DNA from: a virus
Lineage: Duplodnaviria > Heunggongvirae > Uroviricota > Caudoviricetes
DNA: 19,329 nucleotides
Virus record (IMG/VR): IMGVR_UViG_2802429248_000011
Coordinates: 1 to 19,329 of that record
Direction: 5' to 3' (one strand)
The notes beneath the pieces were generated by a model. It was not told the DNA's origin, searched no databases, and worked only from the letters and a program-made list of their open reading frames with translations. The first letter of the stretch is position 1, and every line of letters begins with the position of its first letter. The position numbers and the translations under genes were made by a program. This document shows, piece by piece, positions 13,474-19,329 of the stretch.

Positions 13474-13733
13474 TGTTGGTCTCCTGTGGGCTTGTCATCC
13501 TCTGTGTGCGCTAAGCTTGGATGTGGAAAAAGCTCTGGTAGGTCTGGACGAAATTCATACGCTTGGATCTTTCCGTCGACAGCTGCAACCAATAACGGCA
13601 CAAATTCTGGTGAAATCTTGTTCTTGCAGTTCAACCAATCGCAGACTGTTGACTGGGCCTTTCCGCATCGCTTGGCTAAGGCTTGCTGACTTCCAAGAAT
13701 CTCAATAGCTTTCTCTATGGCTTTATGTTTCAT
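13470..13733 (-). CDS. cro: Cro-like HTH regulator (YdaS/DUF1019-type), 87 aa
   Basis: MKHKAIEKAIEILGSQQALAKRCGKAQSTVCDWLNCKNKISPEFV... An AGGAG SD lies upstream of the ATG at 13733. It is divergent from the CI gene across the operator region. The tracked start at 13784 would lie inside the promoter. Confidence 0.85.
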   Translation of the reverse strand: MKHKAIEKAIEILGSQQALAKRCGKAQSTVCDWLNCKNKISPEFVPLLVAAVDGKIQAYEFRPDLPELFPHPSLAHTEDDKPTGDQQ

Positions 13734-13755
13734 AATCGCATCTCCTATTGAACGC

Positions 13756-13822
13756 ATAATAACAACAGGAAAAGCGATATTCAACGTTAAACCTAGAACA
13801 TTTATCGGAAAGCCGATAGACT
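13756..13822. promoter_or_regulatory. Divergent PR/PRM-type promoters with three 16-bp operator-like sites
   Basis: The minus-strand promoter is TTGAAT (13784-13779), 17 nt, TATTAT (13761-13756). The plus-strand candidate is TAGAAC (13794-13799), 17 nt, TAGACT (13817-13822). A perfect palindrome TATCGGAAAGCCGATA lies at 13803-13818. Two related sites, aacaggaaaagcgata (13764-13779) and caacgttaaacctaga (13782-13797), each match 11/16 to one of the clearer operator sites. Confidence 0.65.
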
Positions 13823-13852
13823 AGCCAAGATAGAGAGGGGAGGAAAATCGCA

Positions 13853-14545
13853 ATGACATTTTCAGAACGACTTGATTTAGCTATGCGCAACGCAAAATTT
13901 ACGCAAGGTAGGCTGGCCAAAGAAGTGGGTATGGCTCAGTCCAGTGTCAATCAACTACTTAACAAAGCCAACGGTTCCAGAAAAACAGTCGAAATAGCAA
14001 AAGTTTTGGGCGTTAACCCGGAATGGCTCGCATCGGGTGTTGGCCCAATGGAAATCGTGACCTCTGCAGACTCACACCAAATACGTAACATTTCTGAAGA
14101 TTGGGTTACTGATTCGTATGTCGTGGATGTTTTAGACATCAGATATAGTTGCGGACCTGGCAGTTATAACTCTGATTTTCCTGACATTGTCAGATCTATA
14201 GCGATAGAACCAGGATACGCATCAAGAGTTTTTGGCGGCAGACCAGCATCAGCAATCAAAGCAATAAACGCCCACGGCGACAGTATGAAAGGCACAATAG
14301 ACCCTGAAGACTTGGTATTTGTAGATGTATCAGTTCGCACATTTAATGGTGATGGTATATACGCCTTTACATACTCTGGAACATCGCACATCAAAAGACT
14401 TCAAAAAATCAAAGATACTCTAACGGTGATATCTGACAACCCAGCTTACAAGGATTGGGCTATCGAACCGGAAGACTTTGAACAACTTCACATTGACGGA
14501 AAAGTAATTGTCAGTTGGCCTATGACACTACACCGTTTTGCATAA
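13853..14545 (+). CDS. cI: CI-type prophage repressor (N-terminal HTH, C-terminal S24 LexA-like autopeptidase)
   Basis: The HTH is FTQGRLAKEVGMAQSSVNQLLN. The S24 motifs are HGDSMKG (Ser nucleophile) and HIKRLQK (Lys). A hinge Cys-Gly (YSCGPG) is a possible cleavage site. A GGAGG SD is present. Confidence 0.92.
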   Translation: MTFSERLDLAMRNAKFTQGRLAKEVGMAQSSVNQLLNKANGSRKTVEIAKVLGVNPEWLASGVGPMEIVTSADSHQIRNISEDWVTDSYVVDVLDIRYSCGPGSYNSDFPDIVRSIAIEPGYASRVFGGRPASAIKAINAHGDSMKGTIDPEDLVFVDVSVRTFNGDGIYAFTYSGTSHIKRLQKIKDTLTVISDNPAYKDWAIEPEDFEQLHIDGKVIVSWPMTLHRFA

Positions 14546-14563
14546 GCAAAAATCATTTAACCC

Positions 14564-14589
14564 GCCCACTCTTAAGTGGGCTTTTTTTT
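14564..14589 (+). terminator. Intrinsic terminator after cI
   Basis: gcccact-ctta-agtgggc followed by T8. Confidence 0.85.
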
Positions 14590-14595
14590 GGAAAA

Positions 14596-14638
14596 AATCG
14601 ATAAACCGATTGACAGGCGAAATCGGTAAACCTATTAT
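14596..14638 (+). promoter_or_regulatory. PL-type early promoter with two overlapping operators
   Basis: The promoter is TTGACA (14610-14615), 17 nt, TATTAT (14633-14638). The operators are AATCGATAAACCGATT (14596-14611) and AATCGGTAAACCTATT (14621-14636). They are related to the palindrome at 13803-13818. Confidence 0.8.
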
Positions 14639-14687
14639 TATGGCATAGGTATCGAACTCACCAAAGCAATTATAGAGGATGAGAAAA

Positions 14688-15185
14688 ATGTCATCGTATA
14701 TGGGGTTACCAACAAATCAGCACGATGCTCTTGAGAATATTCAGCTCTTAGTCGGGGCTGGTGCACTACTGTATAGCAGCAATAACCCTGAGTTAATTGA
14801 ACTTGCCAGCTCCATCCTGGCTGTAACTCAAAAATATAGCCTCACAGCGTCGCGTTTATGCAAACAAAATTTAGCTATTAATTCCCAGAATCGGATTAGC
14901 ACTCAACGCGAAGCCTGCGGCTTAACAACCGCCGAACTCGCCAGGCTGCTCGATCTCGATGAAGAAATTATCATCCAGTGGGAGAGCGGAGAGTATGAAC
15001 CAACCATCAGCATGCTTATCCCACTGGCAAATATTCTTGGCTGCGATCCGATGTGGCTGTTAACTGGCGAGGTTACTCCTCCGGAGCAACCAAAAAGTGA
15101 GGAGCAGCAACACCATGACGCATCTCAACAAGTTTGCTCCTTATCTCGCGAAGCTCTTCTACGGAAGAACCAATACCAATGGTGA
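14688..15185 (+). CDS. XRE-family HTH protein with unknown ~75-aa N-terminal domain; first gene of the PL-type operon
   Basis: The HTH is ISTQREACGLTTAELARLLDLDEEIIIQWESGEYEPTISMLIPLANILGCDPMWLLTGE. An AGAGG SD lies 9 nt upstream of the ATG at 14688. The tracked ATG at 14679 abuts the SD. The last ~36 codons are low-complexity and overlap the convergent 86-aa gene. Confidence 0.75.
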   Translation: MSSYMGLPTNQHDALENIQLLVGAGALLYSSNNPELIELASSILAVTQKYSLTASRLCKQNLAINSQNRISTQREACGLTTAELARLLDLDEEIIIQWESGEYEPTISMLIPLANILGCDPMWLLTGEVTPPEQPKSEEQQHHDASQQVCSLSREALLRKNQYQW

Positions 15186-15333
15186 CATAATCACCGCTTC
15201 GCCCCTCAAGGTACATGCGAACATTTTTATCAATCATTGCGGAAACAGTCTCAATATGAAAACACTTCTGAGACTCGCTATATAGCAGAACATATAAGTC
15301 AGCTGAGGAAGCCGTGAAAAAGTTCGAAAACAT
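15073..15333 (-). CDS. Hypothetical 86-aa protein encoded antisense within the PL-type operon
   Basis: MFSNFFTASSADLYVLLYSESQKCFHIETVSAMIDKNVRMYLEGRSGDYVTIGIGSSVEELREIRSKLVEMRHGVAAPHFLVAPEE. A GGAGA SD lies 6 nt upstream of the ATG. A perfect TATAAT on the minus strand lies at 15365-15360. The gene fills the only sizeable gap on the plus strand, and its sequence looks globular. Confidence 0.6.
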   Translation of the reverse strand: MFSNFFTASSADLYVLLYSESQKCFHIETVSAMIDKNVRMYLEGRSGDYVTIGIGSSVEELREIRSKLVEMRHGVAAPHFLVAPEE

Positions 15334-15679
15334 AACTGCTCTCCATGTTGATGACTTTGATTATACAAACCCGGAACTTCTCCCGGAGGTTGTAAAGGCA
15401 ATAGATGTTGCCGATATAGTGATTAGAGGAAAGAGAATCGTCAAAAACAGGCTCGCATGCACTTCAGGAGCAATGACAGAAACAACCTCACAACAAGATG
15501 ATTATGAAGGCATTTGTCTGGAGCCGGACTCATTTGCGGTAAATGTTTATCATTTATTGCATGCAACACAGGTATTACATATGTCAAGTAATCACGAAAC
15601 AAAAACACTTGGCAGCGAAATTCTGAATTTTGCATGTGAATATGCAAAAGCTGCTGCCGAAAAAGAATTAGCACAATAA
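15314..15679 (+). CDS. Hypothetical acidic 121-aa protein (GTG start)
   Basis: A GAGGA SD lies 4 nt upstream of the GTG. There is no in-frame ATG upstream, and the frame opens at 15272. Function unknown. Confidence 0.6.
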   Translation: MKKFENITALHVDDFDYTNPELLPEVVKAIDVADIVIRGKRIVKNRLACTSGAMTETTSQQDDYEGICLEPDSFAVNVYHLLHATQVLHMSSNHETKTLGSEILNFACEYAKAAAEKELAQ

Positions 15680-15757
15680 CAATAAATATTCCCTGAATGT
15701 TTATTACGGTTTTATCGCCGGGGATTGTTGCAACCTTTATTCGCAGGTGATTATGTT

Positions 15758-15871
15758 ATGACTTTCCTGAAACATAAGGCATCGTATAAAACTGCCTGCC
15801 TCATTGTACAACATGGAGATTCTTATCTTCATATAGCCAACCTGTATTTGCGCAAAGCATATGGGAGATAA
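15758..15871 (+). CDS. Possible 37-aa ORF
   Basis: An AGGTGA SD lies 7 nt upstream of the ATG. The product is MTFLKHKASYKTACLIVQHGDSYLHIANLYLRKAYGR. It ends just before the start of the next gene. Confidence 0.3.
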   Translation: MTFLKHKASYKTACLIVQHGDSYLHIANLYLRKAYGR

Positions 15872-15875
15872 GTCA

Positions 15876-16064
15876 ATGGAAGAAAAACAACAAAACATAA
15901 CACATAAAAAAGTAAGAGTGTTGCTAACCATTGAAAATGGGAAGGTAATTCACTCAAAACATCTGTTGGATAATGAATTTGTTGGCTGCATGGATACATT
16001 TTTGTTGGTGGTAAAAAGAGCGGGTTACACTATTATTCCACCAGCAAAGGAGCAAACATTATGA
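15876..16064 (+). CDS. Hypothetical 62-aa protein
   Basis: The start MEEKQQ at 15876 has a GGGAGA SD 7 nt upstream. The stop overlaps the next start (ATGA). Confidence 0.6.
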   Translation: MEEKQQNITHKKVRVLLTIENGKVIHSKHLLDNEFVGCMDTFLLVVKRAGYTIIPPAKEQTL

Positions 16065-16642
16065 ATCATTCAGAGTTCCGACCAGAAGTTACGCCACACG
16101 GTATAAAAATTGGCAATACAACCATAGATTATGCCGAGGCCGTACAGCGACTTAATGATGGTGAATACGATAATCCAAATTCTCAAGGTTTAAGAATTAT
16201 GCAGTGTATTGCTGAAGCCGATGATGCCGGATTACTGGGACGATTTTCAGTCGATATGAAAGTTGCTCAATGGCGATGGCTGTATGTGACAACATTTATA
16301 AATGAAGAGGAAGACAAGAACGGCACCATTGATATCCCTAACGATAATGGAACTACAGATCGCGCAGTTATTTACAAGGGTAAACATGGTTGCCTGAGTA
16401 TCTACCCAGGGCCACTTCGCATTGCCCTGCAAAACCATGTCGAATGGAGATTCATTGAAAAATATGGCGAAGCTGAAGGCATGGGGCGAGTTCTGTTTCT
16501 CTATCAAAAAATGCTCATCGCAGATCCTGATAATGGCTTCATTGTCTCTGCTATGGGACGAGAAGGGCTTGAACTTCTTCTGGATGAAATGATTCACGAT
16601 CTGAATACTCATGGTATGCCAGAAACACCATTGGCACATTAA
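16061..16642 (+). CDS. Hypothetical acidic 193-aa protein
   Basis: This is the longest ORF of the early-left block. It has an ATGA overlap with the upstream gene. I recognise no motif. Confidence 0.7.
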   Translation: MNHSEFRPEVTPHGIKIGNTTIDYAEAVQRLNDGEYDNPNSQGLRIMQCIAEADDAGLLGRFSVDMKVAQWRWLYVTTFINEEEDKNGTIDIPNDNGTTDRAVIYKGKHGCLSIYPGPLRIALQNHVEWRFIEKYGEAEGMGRVLFLYQKMLIADPDNGFIVSAMGREGLELLLDEMIHDLNTHGMPETPLAH

Positions 16643-16644
16643 AC

Positions 16645-16926
16645 ATGTCAAATCAGAATAAAATTAATGTATTTCAGGTTGAATCAAAACATAAAACACC
16701 TGTGATAAAACACGTTCGCCGCCATACACTCATCTATACGCCAGAAGAGTTTATGGCAATTCCAATGATAAAGAAGTTTATTCGTGATAATCCCGATCAC
16801 ATTGCTATAGATAAACATAACGGAGAAATAATGTTATCACGCGAACTTGCCGAAATTTACTGTAACGTGAATAACGGTAAAAAATTGAAAAAGGCAATCC
16901 GAAAAAAATCAGGAGTAACAAAATGA
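16645..16926 (+). CDS. Hypothetical basic 93-aa protein
   Basis: It starts 2 nt after the previous stop. The C-terminus is Lys-rich (KKLKKAIRKKSGVTK). The stop overlaps the next start (ATGA). Confidence 0.65.
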   Translation: MSNQNKINVFQVESKHKTPVIKHVRRHTLIYTPEEFMAIPMIKKFIRDNPDHIAIDKHNGEIMLSRELAEIYCNVNNGKKLKKAIRKKSGVTK

Positions 16927-17291
16927 ATAGCATCGAGACACAATGTTCCTCATCTGAAGTTATGAACTATGACCCGAATCTGACGTTGTACGGACGCATG
17001 GCAAAACAAACTGTTCTATTAACTTTCGGGCTATGGGAATACCGCGAAACATTCGAAGTTTCTGTCGGCGGCAATCTGACCGGACTGGATGTTATCAGTT
17101 GCGCCATTGAAAGCCTGTACGCAACGCTGCCTTATGAAGAAGTCGAGGATGAGCGCGATATCATAGCCACCATTAATATCGGCGGCATGGAATGCAAGGA
17201 TGAAAACCTGAACGGAGAACTCTGGCTTGCCGGGATGCTTATCTCGGCAGAAATCATCAGTATTGAACCCGCTACAAACATACGACTCTGA
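16923..17291 (+). CDS. Hypothetical strongly acidic 122-aa protein
   Basis: It is coupled to the upstream gene. There are many Asp/Glu residues (...YEEVEDERDII...ECKDENLNGE...) and few basic residues. Confidence 0.65.
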   Translation: MNSIETQCSSSEVMNYDPNLTLYGRMAKQTVLLTFGLWEYRETFEVSVGGNLTGLDVISCAIESLYATLPYEEVEDERDIIATINIGGMECKDENLNGELWLAGMLISAEIISIEPATNIRL

Positions 17292-17322
17292 AGTTCTCAC
17301 AACTCAGGGAGCAGGAGAAAAA

Positions 17323-17565
17323 ATGTTCGCTTTGATTAATCAGGGGCAACTGTATACCGATAGTGCTGGCTACCCGATAAAAATTATTCGCTGCATAAAC
17401 AACACTGTGTTGTACAGAAGAATGGATGGGCGAACACAGTCGGTAAAAATAAACGATTTTAATGAACTGTTTGAACGAATCGATCACCAGGAATACCGAC
17501 AAATTCTGGCAGAAACAGAGCAGGAAGCTCATCTGAAAAAATTACGGGTCATGAAAAGGAAGTAA
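17323..17565 (+). CDS. Hypothetical 80-aa protein (possibly DUF4222-like)
   Basis: The start MFALINQGQLYTDSAGYPIKIIRCINNTVLYRRMDG has a CAGGAGA SD 5 nt upstream. The 32 extra codons in the track overlap the previous gene. The family assignment is from memory only. Confidence 0.6.
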   Translation: MFALINQGQLYTDSAGYPIKIIRCINNTVLYRRMDGRTQSVKINDFNELFERIDHQEYRQILAETEQEAHLKKLRVMKRK

Positions 17566-17568
17566 AGA

Positions 17569-17715
17569 ATGAATAAAGCGTTTGAGCTATGGGTACGCCA
17601 GCGTTACGGCAATCGCTATGACCTGACGCGAGATGTTGACGGTTTCCACTGTCGTGAAATTGTGAAACGAATGTTTGAAGTGTGGTGTTACTGTCGTGGA
17701 CTGAATGTTGTGTGA
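17569..17715 (+). CDS. Possible 48-aa protein
   Basis: My translation is MNKAFELWVRQRYGNRYDLTRDVDGFHCREIVKRMFEVWCYCRGLNVV. An AGGAAG SD is present. The ORF exactly fills the gap before xis. Confidence 0.45.
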   Translation: MNKAFELWVRQRYGNRYDLTRDVDGFHCREIVKRMFEVWCYCRGLNVV

Positions 17716-17723
17716 GGTAATGC

Positions 17724-17960
17724 ATGGGCAATGTGATTCAACTGGCTCCCAATGAATGGGTTTGTGAAAGCGTTCTTATCGCAATTACCGGGCTCAAACC
17801 AGGCACAATTCTTCGGGCCCGGAAAGAATGCTGGATGGTTGGAAGAGAGTATATTCACGTATCACCAGACGGTAATCCAAAGCCTTCCAGCGAATGTATG
17901 TATAACAGAAAAGCAATAGATGCCTGGGTCGCTTCAATGAAAAACAAACAACCTGGGTGA
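17724..17960 (+). CDS. xis: Excisionase (XisR / DUF1233-type)
   Basis: MGNVIQLAPNEWVCESVLIAITGLKPGTILRARKECWMVGREYIHVSPDGNPKPSSECMYN... resembles Rac XisR (YdaQ) from memory. It lies immediately upstream of int. Confidence 0.85.
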   Translation: MGNVIQLAPNEWVCESVLIAITGLKPGTILRARKECWMVGREYIHVSPDGNPKPSSECMYNRKAIDAWVASMKNKQPG

Positions 17961-18015
17961 TTTAATGCCATGAAATATGTAAGCTCGTATCGCTCTTGGG
18001 CGTCTGGAGGTATGA

Positions 18016-19329
18016 ATGGATAAAGTTAAATATCCAACAGGCGTCGAAAACCACGGTGGCACATTGCGCATCTGGTTTAATTTTAAAGGTAAACGTGTCA
18101 GGGAAAATCTTGGTGTCCCTGACACTGCCAAGAACAGGAAGATTGCCGGAGAACTGCGGACATCGGTATGTTTTGCCATCCGCACAGGAAGCTTTGATTA
18201 TGCTGCACAGTTCCCTGACTCCCCTAACCTTCAGGCTTTTGGGGTAAGTAAAAAAGAAATTACGGTGAAAGAACTTGAAGAAAAGTGGCTGGATCTGAAA
18301 CGAATGGAAATCTCTGCAAATGCATTCAATCGTTATGAATCCGTTGCAAGAACGATGGTCCCGAAAATTGGAGGTAGCAGACTGGTGTCAACGGTGACCA
18401 AAGAGGAATTGCTGTATATCAGGAAAGATTTGCTGACCGGATACCAAAATCCAACAAAAGGTAAGGCTCCGGTAAAAGGGCGAAGCGTTATCACAGTAAA
18501 TTATTACATGACGACAATCGCTGGAATGTTTCAGTTTGCTGCAGATCACGGTTACTTAGAAGCAAATCCCTTCCAGGGAATTAAGCCTCTTAAAAGAGCC
18601 AGGGCAGAGCCAGATCCGCTAACTCGTGACGAATTTATTCGCCTGATAGATGCTTGCCGACATCAGCAGACGAAAAACCTGTGGTCATTGGCTGTGTACA
18701 CAGGAATGCGTCACGGTGAACTGGTCTCCCTGGCCTGGGAAGATATCGATCTGAAAGCAGGAACTATTACTATCAGGCGCAATTATACGAAACTCGGTGA
18801 GTTCACTCTACCTAAAACTGAAGCAAGTACAAACAGGGTTGTGCATCTTATCCAGCCCGCTATCAGTGTCCTGAAAAATCAGGCTGAAATGACAAGACTG
18901 GGTAAGCAGCACAACATCAAGGTTCAACTACGTGAATATGGACGTTCAGTGAATCATGAATGTACTTTCGTGTTTAACCCCCAGGTGGTTAGAAAAAGCA
19001 AACAGGTCGGTTTTATCTACAAGGTAGATTCTATTGGCGACTCATGGGAAACAGCCATTAAGCGTGCGGGCATCAGGCACCGGAAAGCATACCAGTCACG
19101 ACACACTTATGCGTGCTGGTCATTATCTGCCGGAGCAAACCCAAGCTTCATTGCCAGCCAGATGGGCCATGCAAGTGCCCAGATGGTGTTCAATGTATAC
19201 GGAGCATGGATGACTGACAGTAATGCAGAACAGATCGCAATGCTGAATCAGAAGCTGGCAGATTATGTCCCAATGATGTCCCATGGTCACCAAAGTGACA
19301 CAAGAGACTTATTAAAATCAGTGGGTTAG
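18016..19329 (+). CDS. int: Tyrosine integrase, Rac IntR-like
   Basis: A GGAGG SD lies 5 nt upstream of the ATG. Catalytic-domain motifs are present (TGMRHGELVSLAWEDI; YQSRHTYACW; GHASAQMVFNVYGAW with the Tyr). The N-terminus MDKVKYPTGVENHGGTLRIWFNFKGKRVRE resembles IntR. The stop is the last codon of the window, so the att site is outside it. Confidence 0.95.
   Translation: MDKVKYPTGVENHGGTLRIWFNFKGKRVRENLGVPDTAKNRKIAGELRTSVCFAIRTGSFDYAAQFPDSPNLQAFGVSKKEITVKELEEKWLDLKRMEISANAFNRYESVARTMVPKIGGSRLVSTVTKEELLYIRKDLLTGYQNPTKGKAPVKGRSVITVNYYMTTIAGMFQFAADHGYLEANPFQGIKPLKRARAEPDPLTRDEFIRLIDACRHQQTKNLWSLAVYTGMRHGELVSLAWEDIDLKAGTITIRRNYTKLGEFTLPKTEASTNRVVHLIQPAISVLKNQAEMTRLGKQHNIKVQLREYGRSVNHECTFVFNPQVVRKSKQVGFIYKVDSIGDSWETAIKRAGIRHRKAYQSRHTYACWSLSAGANPSFIASQMGHASAQMVFNVYGAWMTDSNAEQIAMLNQKLADYVPMMSHGHQSDTRDLLKSVG

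Noticed and set aside
7527-16045. Chi octamers: GCTGGTGG on the plus strand at 7527 and 11726, and on the minus strand at 7656, 7927, 8930 and 16038
   Set aside because: I considered whether properly oriented Chi sites compensate for the missing gam. Six sites in 19 kb with a 4:2 orientation split is close to E. coli background. It is too weak to call a signal without a statistical test on the whole prophage.
1-19329. Scan for tRNA/rRNA genes, CRISPR arrays, IS elements and N-type nut sites (boxA/boxB)
   Set aside because: By eye I found no cloverleaf-like conserved T-arm sequences, no regularly spaced direct repeats apart from the ori iterons and cosB, no terminal inverted repeats with a transposase, and no CGCTCTT-type boxA with an adjacent hairpin. 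Absence is by inspection only.

Overview
The window is about 19.3 kb of a mosaic lambdoid enterobacterial prophage, read from sequence and memory only with no database search. It resembles Qin, Rac and phage 21. In lambda map terms it is inverted, and it runs from the start of the packaging genes to the integrase.

Layout from left to right:
- The 5' part of a Nu1-type small terminase gene on the minus strand. It runs off the window and is absent from the ORF track.
- A recognisable cos site.
- A frameshifted Rha-family gene.
- A lysis cassette: S21-type pinholin, SAR endolysin, and Rz with embedded Rz1.
- A 3.5 kb AT-rich moron island between S and Q. It holds cspB, a cspF-like gene, a zinc-ribbon miniprotein, a short DUF883-like tail-anchored protein, micro-ORFs and several intrinsic terminators.
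- A 250-aa Q antiterminator, a DUF968/HNH (YdfU-like) gene and a Rem-like gene.
- A replication module of DnaB-type helicase, DnaC-like ATPase and O-like initiator, with origin-like iterons inside the initiator gene.
- Small coupled ORFs and two Rha-domain genes.
- A Cro/YdaS-like gene, a divergent operator/promoter region and a LexA-type (S24) CI repressor followed by a terminator.
- A near-consensus PL-like promoter with operators.
- An operon of about 3 kb of small orphan genes, ending in an XisR-like excisionase and an IntR-like tyrosine integrase.

I saw no N/nut, Red/RecET, gam, kil or cIII equivalents, and no tRNA, rRNA, CRISPR or IS elements.

The best candidate for something undescribed is the immunity-adjacent block at 14.6-17.7 kb. 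It has an XRE-HTH protein at the N position. An 86-aa gene with its own SD and TATAAT is embedded antisense in the PL operon, where lambda carries sieB. Nine coupled orphan ORFs follow, several of them strongly acidic.

Other points worth a second look:
- An oop-like antisense RNA candidate.
- The origin iterons and the operator set.
- A hybrid cos/Nu1.
- Two reading-frame breaks at 7-nt homopolymers.
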